Source: Mustelus asterias (taxonomy: Eukaryota). Taken from it: 64,000 nt of DNA. Location: positions 16,306,001 to 16,370,000 of the forward strand of contig NC_135811.1 in assembly GCF_964213995.1 (NCBI RefSeq). The letters are read 5' to 3'. The notes under the pieces are model-generated. The model saw only the letters and a program-made list of their open reading frames with translations, was not told the DNA's origin and did not search any database. The translations under genes and the position numbers were made by a program. Shown in pieces: positions 37,451 to 51,119 of this stretch. The first letter of the stretch is position 1; each line of letters opens with the position of its first letter.

Positions 37451-38259
37451 GTAAGTCACATGGACTGCCATACATTTATGTGGACTGATAATGACCAGAA
37501 AGATTTTATTTTCATAAATACATTAAATTGTATGTGATATTTTAATTACAAAATTTGTGTCCTAAGACCTAACATTTACAATAAAATAAGGAAGACAGCA
37601 ATTTTGATAAAGTTTTAAGTTTGGGAAAAGCTTTTAGCTTCCCTGACAGAAAAAGCAATGTGTTTGCAAAATGCAAGTAAATGTCTGACCTACTTTAAGC
37701 AGAAAATTGGTATGCAATATATTGGTTGCCTTTCTTTTCCTGACATACTGAACTCTGATTGGGTCACAGGGTGGTGTTGTTGCTAAGGTGTCAGGTTACT
37801 GAGGCACTATGAGTGAGCTCTTATAAAGTGGAAAAAAACCTGAATGGTCACATCTTTCCAGAACTGTTATTTGCTCTACAAAAGCAATCCATCATGCTCA
37901 GTGTTCTAACTCTTCATTGAATTGATATAAGTAGAATGGTACAGAACATTGTAGTGTTTTGGGGGCCATGTTGGCCTCAGGAAAAAAAAAAAGCCATTTT
38001 CTAGCATTTTTTAAATTGTTGATTCACAGTGTGCTGATTTGAACACAGTAATGGTAACTTTTTATTGCAAATTTTTGCCCCCAAGTATTAGCACCAAGTG
38101 GTGCTAAATTGAAGAATGCCTTCATTCTGCTGCAGCATGTGTCATAATAGACATTTTAGTACAACACATTTTAAGACATAAAGAATGATTTTTCCATTGC
38201 CGCTGAGTGTGATTTTTACAGATAAATATGCATTGTTTTTAATTTTGCAAAATTCCCTA

Positions 38260-40470
38260 GAGCTGGAAAGATCCCTCAGGTTGAAAAATAGTGACTATGA
38301 CTCCTCTATTCCAGAAAGTAGGAAACTGCAGGCTATTTAATTTAACATCTGCTGTAAGGAAATTGCTGAATTTTAAAAATGGGACGTGGGCGTTGCTCGC
38401 TGGCCCAGCAATTTTATTGCCATTGAGAAGGTGTTGCTGTCCAGGTTGTGTAGGTACACCCACAGTGCATTTAGGGAGGGAGTTCCAGGACTTTGACCCA
38501 GCCACACTGAAAGAATGGCCATAAAGTTCCAAATCAGGATGGTTTGTGGCTTGGAGGGGACCTTGTGTTGTTTCCATGTATCTGCTGTCCTTGGCCTCCT
38601 AGGTGGTAGAGGTCACGGGTTTAGATGGCTGTCCATTGCTGTCCTGTGTGCTGGGTGTGCAGTGAATGGATGTTGATTGAAAGTGATAGTTGGGGTACCA
38701 GTTAAACAAGCTGATTTGTCCTGGATGGTGTCGAGCTTCACGAGTGTTGTTGGAGCTGCAGTCATCCAGGCAAGCGGCGAGTATTCAATCACATTCCTGT
38801 CTTGTGCTTTGTGGATGATGGACAGGCTTTGGGGAGTCAGGAGGTGGGAGATGGTGGCATAATTGTAATGTCACCAGATTAGTAATCCAAAGGCCCAGGC
38901 TATTGCACTGGGGGCAGAGATTTGGATCCCATCTTGGCAGCTGGTGGAATTTAAATTTGATTAATAAATCTGAAATTAAAGGGCTAGCTTTGGAGATAGT
39001 GACCATGAAACCATTGCCGACTGTTGTAAAAACCCATCTGGTTTACTAAAGTCCTTTAGGGAAGGAAATCTACTGTCCTTATCTGGTCTGGCCTACATGT
39101 GACTCTAGATCCACAGACTTTTAAACTCCCTCTGAAATGTCCTAGCAAGGTCCTCAGTTGTATCAAACCACTACAAAAAGGATTTAAACTGGACAGATTA
39201 ACCTAAGCATTGGAAATGACAACGGCAAACCCAGCTCTGTGGAACTTGCAAATCTGTTGTTAAGGAGGTTATTGCGGGGCACTGAGAGTCCAGTGCCATC
39301 AGGCAGAGTCAATAGTGTTCTGTGAAATGGAAATCATGTTTGACTAATTTAGTGGAGTTCTTTGTGGAAGTAACAGCAGTGTGGATAAATGTAGATGTGC
39401 TATATTTCGATTTCCAGAAGGTGCCACATCAAAGATTGCTATGCAAAATAAGAGCTCGTGGTATAGGGGATAATACTTTCATATGGATAGAGGATTGGTT
39501 ATCTAAAAGGAAGCAGAGAGAAGGCATAAATAGGTCATTTTCAGGTTGGCTAGATGTGATGAGTGCAATGCCACAGGGATCAGTGTGGGACCTCAATTAT
39601 TTACAATTTATATCAATGATTTAGATGAAGGGACCAAATGTACGTTTGCTAAATTTGCTGATGACACAAAGATAGGTAGGAAAGTAAGTTGTGAAGAGGA
39701 CATAAGGAGTCTGCAAAGGGAAATAGATGGGTTAAGTGACTGGGTGAAAATATGGCAGATGGAGTATAATGTGGGAAAATGTGAACTTGTCCATTTTCAG
39801 GAAGAATAGAACTCTTGAGGCACAGAGGGATCTGAGTGTCCTGGTACATAAATCACAAATTTACTATGCAGGCATAGCAAGTGATTAGGAAGACTAATGG
39901 GATGTTGTCATTTATCACAAGGGAATGGAATATAAATTAGGGATGTTTTGCTACAATTGCACAGGGTGTTAGTGAGACCTTATTTAATAAATGCTATAAA
40001 TACATTAGAAGCAGATCAGGGAAAGTTCACTTGACTGATACCTGGGATGGAAAGGTGAGAGGGGTCATCTTATGAGGGTGAGAAAGGTTGTACAGACTGG
40101 GCCTCAATCAGTTTTAGTTAAGGTTAAGAAGTTATCCTATTGAGGGGACCTGACAGGGTGGATGCTGAAAGGATGTTTCTTGGTGTGGGAGAGACTTGTA
40201 CTGAGGGACATAGCTTAATAGTAAAGGGTCTCCCATTTAAGATGGAGATAAGAAGAATTTTTTTCAGAGGGTTGTGAATCTTTGGAACTTTCTTCCCTGG
40301 AAAGTGATAGAGTTAGGAGCATTGAATAATTTGAAGGCAGAGGTAGATATATAGGGGAGTCAAAGGTTATCAGGATAGATGGTTTGAGGATACAATCAGA
40401 CCAGCCATGATCTTATTGAATGGTGGAGCAGGCTCGAGGGGCTGAATGGCCTACTTCTCTTAATTCATAT
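38260..40470 (+). mobile_element. Decayed CR1 LINE with a nested family-2 LINE fragment (38375-38845, -) and SINE (38845-39250, +)
   Basis: [30 protein letters not shown], and a 3' UTR near 40420-40470. Confidence 0.8.
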
Positions 40471-40544
40471 GTATATTCACTGAAGGACGAGCTTTTCATC
40501 CGTTTAGTCTGCTCAGGAGTTGAACTCTGTCTTGATAGAGAAAA

Positions 40545-40739
40545 TGATGTGGAGATGCCGGCGTGGGACTGGGGTAAACACAGTAAGAGTTTTAACAACA
40601 CCAGGTTAAAATCTAACAGGTTTATTTGGTATCTGCAGATATCCACTCCACCTGACGAAGGAGCAGCGCTCCGAAAGCTAATGGCATTTACTACCAAATA
40701 AACCTGTTGGACTTTAACCTGGTGTTGTTAAAACTCTTA
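40545..40739 (+). mobile_element. Penelope-like mini-element with inverted arms, hammerhead and 13-bp TSD
   Basis: ttgatagagaaaa at 40532-40544 and 40740-40752. Inverted arms at about 40583-40631 and 40692-40739. Confidence 0.8.
40645..40686 (+). ncRNA. Minimal type I hammerhead ribozyme motif
   Basis: CTGACGA (40652-40658), stem II GGAGC/GCTCC, GAAA (40673-40676), then the palindromic AGCT and A. Confidence 0.7.
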
Positions 40740-42436
40740 TTGATAGAGAAAAGACAATGTTCGAAATAACTGCCATCAAGTCTCTTAACTTTTCTAATTT
40801 AGTGAAAAATAACTGCGGTGTGAATAATCTTTTAATTGTGACTACATCACTCTCTCTTGAAGTGACATTGAATAGCCATAAAGAATAATAAACATTTCTA
40901 AATATTTTATGGTGAAGAAATAGTTGAACTGTTTAATTGCTTACAATAAACATTTGAGAAAAGGTTTTATATTTGTACTCTAAATTTTAAATCATGGATC
41001 AATCGCCACTTCCCAGATTGCACTTTGTAGTTTGGTATTGTCACAGTAATTAGATTTTCATGAACCAGTTATTTCTGTTAAAATTAGGATATTTTTGTGA
41101 AAAATTAACAGATTTACATTATTATAAAGACAGATATGAGGAGAGGGAGAAAAATTGATAGTTAAATTATATCATACAACACAAAACATTGGGACAAATC
41201 TTCGGGCTCCGCTGACATCGAGATAGAAGTGGGATGTGAGCTGAAAGTTACAGGCCAGCTGCTTTGCCAACTTCCCAATCCTGTTCTCGCTGTCAGTTAT
41301 TTTGGGATTTTCCAGTTGGGCCTCTAGTTTCCTGAAATCAAGGGAACATATGAAATGGTTGGAGATGGGTATCCAGGAGCAGATTGGGGTCCAGTATGTT
41401 GGCAGACCTATCAAGGCTTTACATGCTTGCCTGCTTGGGTGGGGGTACAGCCAATGTGGGGCTTCCTGCCCCACAGTGTTGATCTGGTTGCTTTGTGTAT
41501 TTTTTATTAAATGTTTTTTAAAAAAGCAATTGAGGGCATCATCTTTGTTGACTTGCCCTCCTAGTTACCGGTATATGCCTTGTAGCCGGGTGTTTCTTCA
41601 GAAGGAAGGAGAGTGGACCTGAAAATTGAAGCCAGCCAGTGTGCCAACTTCCCAACCCCCTTCACAGCATTGGATGGTTTGGGATTTTCCAGTTAGCCTC
41701 CAGTTTCCTTGTATTGACCTGGCCAAGATGCTGGCACCCCAGCCTGTTGCTGGATATCCACCTCCAGGTAGTTGATCAGCCTCCATCATGCCTGAGAAAC
41801 TGAAGGCCAAATTCTAAAATGTCCAACACCAGGAATGGAGTTGTGAAGCTAGCACACCGGCTGGCCTCCTAATTTTCAGATCCCATTCCCTATCTTTCAT
41901 GATGTCAGTGGAGCCAGAAAATTTGTCTCAAGTTTTTATTCCATGTTTCCATATCTCTGAAGCTGGAAGACCTCTCATTGGCCCTCCAGTTTCAAGAGCC
42001 CACCCACTGCCCTTAATTGGACAGGAAACCTGTCTCCATGCCAATTAAGGACTTATCCATTTGAAAATTTTGACTGTAATCCATTTCCCACAAGATGTGG
42101 ATTTGGAGACCTGAAATCAGTCTCAACTCTTGTCTCCACCTCTGTGCAGAAAGTTCAGCCCAATATTGAGTTACATATATCACATAACTCCAGATGTCTG
42201 ATTCATTTTTTATAATTCACAGCTGGGGTGTCTTAACTCTGGTTTTTAAAATCCCTGATTTTAAATTTTTTTTTACCAAGATTGAGCTAAAATCACTTGT
42301 TACAGAAGCTGAATGGGGCTTTATCCTTGCTGTTAAAAACAGGTTTAATGTGAATGAATTATTGATTTTTAAAAAACAGCAATTTCAGAAGGAAATGTGG
42401 ATTGAGAAATAAACAGATTTCTAAAAAAAAGTATTA

Positions 42437-42590
42437 GCGCTGATTTTAATTTTGTGATGGAAAATGGTGGTAGTGCACATTATACACTTCATTTGAAAGG
42501 TAATTGAGTGGGGCATGTGATGGGAAACCTATCTGTTAGTGCCTGTTTTCCATCATGACCAACACCACCACCAAATGTTAAAATCAGCCC
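42437..42590. mobile_element. MITE (possibly PIF/Harbinger type)
   Basis: TIR gcgctgattttaa...ttaaaatcagccc, flanked by tta/taa. Confidence 0.6.
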
Positions 42591-43084
42591 TAAACCTGTT
42601 CTATATTGGAGAAATGGAATGATTGGTAGTTTGACATGAATGGTACTGCATCTTAATGTGTGTTTGGGTCAAGGCTGCATGTGTTTGCACATTCCATCTG
42701 GTTTCAGCCCTAAGCCTATACCAGATGTGATTTTTCTCCTTATCTCAGGGCAGCTCATGCCCACAGGTGCAAGATTCCTAACCACCAAACTCTCAAATAT
42801 TCCTCTTGAACTGGTGTAGAATGTACTATTTTATTTATTTACTAACTATTTATTACATATGTTAATGATTCACACCTTAGATGAATTATTTCGTGACTGC
42901 TGTAAAGTGATGTTCTTGTTGGCTGCAACATGTTTGGTTCAATTTGTAGCTGCGTCACAGAACTTTCTTAAAATTTCTCAGTGTGCCTCATTGAAACAAG
43001 TAAGTTTTTTTTTAACAGCATTCAACCAAATAAAGGGATGGTTAGTTTCAAAAATACAACCCTCCCTCAGCATTGTGGTAATTT

Positions 43085-44420
43085 TTTGATTTGATTTATT
43101 ATTGTCACATGTTTTAGTATAGCGTGAAAAACATAGTTTCTTGCATTATACGGACAAAGTATACTGTTCATAGAGGAGGAAAGGATAGGATGCAGAATGT
43201 AGTGTTACAGTCATAGCTAGGGTGTAGAGAAAGATCAACTTAATATAAGGTAGGTCCATTCAAAAGTCTGATGGCAGCAGGGAAGAAGCTGTTCTTGAAT
43301 GAGTAGGTATGTGACCTCAGACTTTTGTATCTTTTTCCCAACAGAAGAAGGTGGAAGAGGTGTGTGGGGTCCTCGATTATGCTGGCTGCTTTTCCGAGGC
43401 AACGGGAAGTGTCGACAGAGTCAGTGGATGGGAGGCTGGTTTGCATGATGGGCTGGCTTCATTCATGACCCTTTGCAGTTTCTTACAGTCTTGGTCAGAG
43501 CAGGAGCCATACTAAGCTGTGATACATCCAGAAAAAATACTTTCTACGGGGCACCTGTAAAAGTTGGTGAGAGTCGTAGTGGACATGCTGAATTTCCTTA
43601 GCCTTCTGAAAAAGTAGAGGCATTGGTGGGCTTTATTAACTATAGCATGGCATGCCGGGGGGGACTGGAGCAGGTAGTTGGTGATCTGGACACCTAGAAA
43701 CTTGAAGCTCTCGACCATTTCCATTTCATCCCCGTTGATGTATACAGGGGCATGTCCTCCACTGCACTTCCTGAAGTTGATGACTATCTCCTTTGTTTTA
43801 CTGACACTGAGGGAGAGATTATTGTCATTGCACCAATTTACCAGATTATACATCTCTTTCCTGTACTCCATCTCATCATTGTTTGAGATCTAACCCACTA
43901 CTGTGGTGTCATCAGCAAATTTGAAAATCAAGTTTAAGGGGAATCTGGTCACACACTATATGGGGTATAGTAAGGGACTGAGGATACAGCTTTGCAGGGC
44001 ACCAGTGTTGAGGATAATCATGGAGGAGGTGTTGTTGCCTATCCTTACCAATTGCGGTCTGTGGGTTAGGAAGTTGAGAGTCCAGTTGCAGAGGGAGAAG
44101 CAGAGCTCTAGACCATGGAGTTTGTAGATGAGTTTTCTGGGAATAATGGTGTTGAAGGCTGAGGTGTAGTCAATAAATAGGAATCTGACATAGGTGTCTT
44201 TGTTATCCAGGTGTTCCACAGGATTGAATGTAGAGCAGGGAGATGGCGTCTGCTGTGGACCTGTTGTGGTGATAGGTGAACTGTAGTGGATCCATGCAAT
44301 CTTGGAGGCCGGAATTGATCCGAGTCATGACCAACCTTTTGAAGCATTTCATAATGATGAATGTCAGAGCAACTGGGCTGCCTGGCTTTTCTTTGGTAAA
44401 GGCATGATGGTCGTGTTCTT
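43085..44420 (-). mobile_element. Rex1/Babar-clade LINE, 5'-truncated and decayed
   Basis: [49 protein letters not shown] and VESFKFLGV. Tail gtgacaataataaatcaaatcaaa. Confidence 0.88.
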
Positions 44421-45194
44421 GATTGCCAACTGTCAGTGAACAAAAGGTGGAAAATTGATTGCCTGGGTATATATATTTTTTGAACAGTTAGATCCGGGTA
44501 GTAAATACATAACCAGAAATGTTGTGGTCTTCAAGTTTCAGAAAGATTATAAATTCTCTACTTTTGTAAATAATGATTTTCTCTCTGCATCCATGAAAAT
44601 GTATACAAGGTTGTAAATCCGCATTTGTGATTCCCTTAAGTTAATGGTGTTATCGTTTGTATACTATAATAGAAAAATATTGAGAACATAGGGTGACCTT
44701 GTTTTATATTTCTGCCATTGTCACACTTAAACAGATTGTAAGAAAGTAGCCCTGTGCATTAATGGTGTGGAGGATTACATGCTTTCCATTTTATCTCTTT
44801 ACATTAGGAAGTACCTTCTACTTAGCATATTGCTACCTTGGTCAAGAGCAGAAACTTACCTCATGGACTATCCTGAGTGTGCACAGATGTCTATCATACA
44901 ATGTGGGAGTGATTTTTAACTTTCTCCAGTCAGCTTCTTTATTTCTTCCTGCCAATTTATGATTTTAACGCTCTGGGAGTTTCAGTAATAAATGCAAATT
45001 GGGGTTTCATAATACACATGGCACCCCAATGGAGTTTTAACTGTCTGCTGAGTGGGACTGGAGTCCTATATAGACCAGACTGGATCAGGACATCAAACTT
45101 CGTCCCTTGCAGGGCTTGGTGAATCAGATGGGTTTTTATCATTACCTGTTTAGTTTCATTGGCATCATTATGGAGACTACAGGTCTGACATCTT

Positions 45195-45970
45195 AATCAT
45201 TTCTCATAACTTGGGAGCCTCCTCATAGCTCGGGCAGACATTGCGATGCAATGCAGCATTGCCTCCAGTGTGCAATGCAGTCTTCAGCCGTTTGAAGAAA
45301 AGGCTATTCGATGAGAAAGACCTCAAACCTCAAGACCAAGTTCATGGTCTACAGGGCTGCAGTGCTATTTGTCCTCCTGTGTGCATTAGAGACATGGACA
45401 ACATACAGCAGACACCTTAAATCCTTGGAGAAGTATCCATTGATGCTTTCACAAAATCCTGCAAATTAATGGCAGGACACGTGCATCAATATCAGTGTCT
45501 TCTCTCAGGCCAACATTCCCAGTATTGAAGCACTGGTTATGGGCAGGCCACATCGTCTGCATGCCTGGCACAAGACTCCCAAAACAAACTCTCTGAGCTT
45601 TGTTACCGCAAGCAGTTACCAAGAGGGCAGAGGAAATGTTTCAGGATGTTCCTAAAGCCTCCCTGAAAAAAAGCCACACTGCCTGCCAATTTGTGGGAAT
45701 CTCTTGCTTGAGACCACGCAAACAGGAGAGGAAGCATCTGCAAAGGTGCCAACCATTTTGAATGTCTCCAACAGGCCTATGTGGAGGCCAAGCGCAAACA
45801 GCGGAAGGAGTGCACCAAAATCTGAGCGTCCCACCCATCCCCCTCATCAAACACTACCTGCCTCATCTGCAGCACTGTATGTGAAGATCCAGCATTAGAC
45901 ACCTTGGGACCTAGAACCCTGGGGTTTGGAGGAAAATCATCCTCTGTCCCGAGGCATTGCCCAAGAAGAA
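45195..45970 (+). mobile_element. RTE-clade LINE 3' fragment, decayed
   Basis: Frameshifted ETWTTYSRHLKSLEKY, QANIPSIEAL and WAGHIVCMPGTRLPKQ. Tail atcatcctctgtcccgagg...cccaagaagaa. Confidence 0.8.
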
Positions 45971-48900
45971 TGTTACTGAGATTAGGGGAGCAATCTTGTG
46001 GAAGTGACATGGATTTTGGCCACTGGCAGGAATGTCCCGCGTTACCTTTTTTCGGGAAGCTCGCCACATCATGTTGCAATCGGACACGTGATAGACCCTG
46101 GGGCCAGAAATCCCACCCCTGTGAGCTACTGGAGGGATTAATTGCCCACTTAAGGACCTCAATTGCAATGGAGAGAAAGCCCATCATAAACCTTCCTGCT
46201 ATGGACTGAAGCGGCATTGAAATGGGCAGGCGTTGGGCTGTCACCCTCCTGCCTGATTAAATCATCCCCGGCCACCAAACTCTATGGGGTGGGCACCCTA
46301 GCTTTTTATTCCAAATTTATTAATTTAATTTAAATTCTCCTAATTTTCGAAATTACTACTAGATTGACAGCTACATTTTTTAAAATGTCTACTGTAGCAA
46401 AAATAGAATATTCTAACAGATGGTGAAGGAATTGCCTTTTTGAGGTTGGAATTAAAGCACAATATTAATGAAGAATGGAGGAAAGCTCATCTTCCACCAT
46501 GCCACATTGTGCTTAACTTTTACATTTGTCTGCACAATTGATGACGGGGGGAGGTAAGAGTGAAAAAAACTTTTAATATGAGCCATCTGAGCTAGAAAGG
46601 CATTGTAAAAATGAAATACAAAGTAGACTAAAACTTAATTGGTTCACAAGTGAGCTGAAGAAGAATTACATTTGTATAATACTTCACAACCTCGGGTATA
46701 TAATCGCAACAGATGAATACTGCTTTTTTAACACTGTTGTTATGTAGGCTTACAAATCAGCTAGTTTGTGCATGGCAAGAACCTATAACCAATATTAAAG
46801 TAATTAATTTGATTAGTCAACTGTTTTTGGGGGTGAATGGCAAAGACATGGGAAGAAATACTTCTGTTAAACAAGTTGCTAATTAATTTGTTTTGTGACG
46901 ACTTTTTGCTGAACTCATTAATACAGTACAGAATGATTTATGATTCAAATCTGCAAGTATAAATTTATGGATTAATTAAAACATTTATATTTTTAGTATT
47001 ATTTATTATCATTTTGTCTATTTAAAAATACTGAGGTGACATTGATTCTTCCCTTTATTCTTTAGCTCCAGGTGAGAGATTAGACTGAGTATTGCTTCTT
47101 GGTGTGGTAGGTAAAACTGATCTACCATCAGTCCATTCAAATTTTAATTGAGTTAAAAAGCCTTCCTAAACTTACATTTTTGACCAGGCTTTAAGTTAGC
47201 TTCCTTAATTTTCCTTCCTGCTTGCTATTGAACTGCAAAATGTCTTGGGATGTTTTGCTGTGTTAAAGGCACAGTGGAGTTGGTAATGATTGTGAGGTTA
47301 CCAGAGATTTGGGTGATTTGTGCCATCTAGTAGAAGGATACTTGCAGATACCAGACAGTTTAAAATTGGCATATGGTGTGACTGTCATTGTTTTGTGAGC
47401 ATTATGCAGTACCATCTGGACTTCAGTCACAAACAGATTTGGGTGCTAGCCTGCAAGTTCATGCATGCAATTTGGGTTTTGTTTTCCATCATTTTTACCT
47501 GTCTGTCTCCTGCTTCTTTAGCCATGGCACAGTCTGTTAATGGACTGAGATGCTGTTCAAGGCTCATCAAAGTCTTTCAGAATATTTGACTCCTTATCTT
47601 AATACTTAATACTTGGGGCTGAATTTTTAGGATCCTTTGGTGCAGACATGTAGACGGGCAGGCTTAGAGGCAAGCCGGCATGGAATTTTCATCCTGCTGG
47701 CTGTTGTGCTACTTCTTCTGCTCCTTGCTCTCCCCAGGCCAGTTTCCTTGAGGCAGGATGGGACACAGCAATGGGTAGTCAATTCAGCTGGTTAAGTGGC
47801 TATTCAGGCATATTGTTGGAGGCTGACTAGAATTATGTAGCAGCTTATCTCAGATGTGGTGTCCCTGTGACAAACCAAAGGGCCAATGCTCCAGGCATGC
47901 TTAGAGGCCCATCTGCCTGGTTTCAGCGCGAGCCAAGGCCATCCTGTGAAAGGTTTGACCATCCACAGTGGTGGCCCGGATGCTGAAGCATTTTTTTAAA
48001 AAAAGTTGGGGAAATTGCATCTCCACTGACCTGAAAAGGCAGCCTACTGCTGCTTTGTTGCTGGAATGCCTCCTATTGGCCTTCCAATATTTACCCATCC
48101 CTGGCAAGGTGGTACAGGAGGATCCAGCACATGGAAAATGCATGCAGAGTATAAGCATATGGCAATACTACATTTTTTCCAGTACCTCAAAACTCTGGTG
48201 CCTGTTACACCCCTCAGGCTATCCTTCCTTTCATGTACTGGAGGCTTTTAAAAGCTAAGCTTGCCGTCACTTAATTATTATTTCCTGATAGAAAGAACAT
48301 AGCTGTTTCCCATGTTCTATGTTCAATCATGGTAGTGCTATACACAGCAGGCCTTGCCCTTCTCCTTGGCTTCTCAGTTTTAAGAAATTCATTAAATTTA
48401 CTGCTTGAGCTTTTCACTGGGAATTACATCATTTGAAAAGGGATTTTTTTTTGCAGTACTTTTCGCTCAATATTTTTCTGGTGAGGGGGAGAGCAGCTTG
48501 AGATTTAATTTCCTCATTAAATTCTGTTGAAATTGCCTTGTGACTGGTCTAGTAAATATTGCAACTTGAACAAATGACCACAACAATGCCTATTTTTCCT
48601 ACCCTGAGATGAAGGCCAGATTGTTGCACTTGATTAAACAATCTCGTTGTTAATTTGACATTTACATGTGCCATTAAGGCAGCCGTATTTAGTAACAGGT
48701 AGAATTTGAATATACGCCATTTAGCTTAACTATTTCTACTGGGGTGCTTGTGTAGTTGAAAGTTAGTTTCCAACCAGGAATTTGTGTTAACAAAAAAATG
48801 TTATCTTAAATTTTCCTTCTAATTGTAAGAAAGTGGAGTCTTAGCTTTGAAGATGGCTTGTGCTGTGAATTGAAACATTTGTTGCCATAGGAATACCATG

Positions 48901-49100
48901 ATGCTGATTTTAAAATGTGACCAGAGATTAGAGATATAGAATCACAGAATCCCTATAGTGCAGAAAGAGGCCATTTGGCCCATTGAGCCTGCACTGACAA
49001 CAATCCCACACAGGCCCTATCCCCATAACCCCACGTATTTACTCTGACCCGAAGGGGCAATTGAGCATGGCCAATCAACCCAACCTGCACATCTTTGGAT

Positions 49101-49212
49101 GTGGGTCGGGATTTTCTAGTCCTGCCATCACGCTCAAAGTCAACGGACTTTTGGTTGCTGTCCAGATTTTCTGGTCAATTCCTGTCATGGGTGGGACTGG
49201 AAAATCACAGTC
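49101..49212. mobile_element. About 110-bp MITE adjoining an HE1 tail fragment (48935-49100, -)
   Basis: Inverted ends gattttctagtcctgcc / gggtgggactggaaaatc. Confidence 0.55.
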
Positions 49213-50144
49213 ATGGAAATGGTGAGAATTGTCAGAAGGTTTTGTGGGTTTGTGAACCTGTAGCTGATGGGGATTGGAAGAAATAAATGTTGACTAAGGG
49301 AAATAGAAATGAGACTGCAACACATTTTCACAGTTTGTCTGAGACCAACTTCAGAGGTACACATCAAGAACAACTGTTGAAATTGACAAGAGTTCCGCTC
49401 CTAATTGCTACTCACTGACCCCTGCTGGAAGTGTGTTTGCTTATATGGAACTTGGGAGAACAGTTGGCTCAGTTGTAATGTCCCCTATAGCTTAAAAGGA
49501 CATCAATACTTATAGCCCAGACTTGTGTGAGGTATTAAAGCAATATATAAGAATCCATACCACTGTACCATATGAGTCACTACCTTCCAAACCAAGCAGT
49601 ACGAGTGTGAAATTGGAGGAAAAACATTACTTGGCCTTGGGTATAATTGTGCAAGCATTTTAAAGTTTTACATTTGTTTTTCAAAGTGTTTTCTTAAGTC
49701 TTCATTCTAATTTTGCATATCTAGGTGAGGCATTGAGAAAAAAATAACTAAGCAGCTCCCACTGCACATAGTTATTTCCAGGATGTGGTAATTGTGGTAT
49801 AAACATAACAAGCAACATAGCCCACATCACTTCCTCTTTTAAATCTTAAAGTGGGTATTTTGGTAGACCAGAACGACACAATTAAAAAAAAAAGTGCAGT
49901 CAATTTCATGCCTAGTTGGCAGGTTGAATTGGTGTTCTCTAGAGGCCAAGTGTCAATTATATCATCAGTCAAGATGCTATCCACATTGAGGAAAAACCAG
50001 GCAGCTGAGAGGACATGTTAACCATTGTCACGGCCATACAAGCAAACACAGGAAGCATCCTGATGGTCGTGCCAGTGCTAATATTAATCTAAAAAAGGAT
50101 CGGTTGTTTTGTTCGACAATAAATCTAGATAAGCTGTGGATGCT

Positions 50145-50656
50145 TGTAGGGTTCATTAATTCCTTTGAATAGACGAGGATAGCACTGGTACGGAGTTAAA
50201 ATGAATTTATTTTATTGAACAGAACTTAAAGAAAATTAAATCATTACAGAAACAAAAAGGAAGAGAAAAGTTGGAGAGACTGACTTTTTCTGCCAGCCCT
50301 GTACTGATCTCACTGAACTGAGCTGGAACAGCATCTTGAAAACAAAACTGCACAAACACACACTGAAACCAAATACTTCAACCCTATCTCGTTATTCTAA
50401 ATGTTTTCTGCAAGCTTTCTTTGTCTGGCAGACACAGATCATGCATCTGTTGTTATCAAAACTTGTTTTGCTTGCTAGTACTTTTCAGGAATGTGGTCAA
50501 TTTTTAGCTACCCCAGCGTGAGTTTTAAAATGTAGTCAATTTTTAAGTTTAGCAGAGTTAGTTACATCGGCAGAAATATCTTGCAATGAGATCTTTGCAT
50601 AAATGAAGTCTTTGCATAGACTGAAGCAAACAGCTTAGGATACATGGGATTCATCA
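50145..50656 (-). repeat. Putative 3' LTR (about 512 bp) preceded by a polypurine tract
   Basis: On the minus strand, PPT aaaggaggga (50667-50658) is followed by t-TG.... Short U3-like direct repeats (tctttgcata x2; tg(t/g)gtcaattttt-like x2), AATAAA at 50216-50211, end ...gaaccctaCA at 50145. There is no second LTR to confirm the ends. Confidence 0.6.
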
Positions 50657-50689
50657 ATCCCTCCTTTGATTCCATATAACAATTTTGAA

Positions 50690-50865
50690 TCAAATATATG
50701 AAACCTCTTTCAGGTGCAGGAATGGCTTGTTTCCTTTTTCCTTTGCAGTCATCTTCATGACTGGTTTACCTTTCTCTATTGTCATTAAACAGTTACACAT
50801 GCATTTAAGAAGTAAGATTATGCAGTACATCATTACAACAATAACAAAGAATAAGACCAGCCCTT
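50690..50865 (-). pseudogene. env C-terminal remnant (membrane anchor + cytoplasmic tail)
   Basis: LVLFFVIVVMMYCIILLLKCMCNCL...KEVSYI-stop, located between the integrase end and the PPT. Confidence 0.55.
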
Positions 50866-51119
50866 GAGAAGGTGGTGGTGAGCTGTCTTCTTGAAACACT
50901 GCCGTCCACATGCTGCTTGATACTCAGCCACGTTCTGCTGTGCTATCACTGTGGCATCTGTAATTCTTTGGTCCCTTGTTTTGGTTCCTCAGGTGCAAGG
51001 GGCTGGCAGGCTGGGAATAGATAAATGCTTAACATACAAAAAGACAACATAATACTGAGTTTAAACATGTTAAAATGTCATATATGCAAGAAGTATGAAA
51101 GATAAATGCCCTTAGGTGG

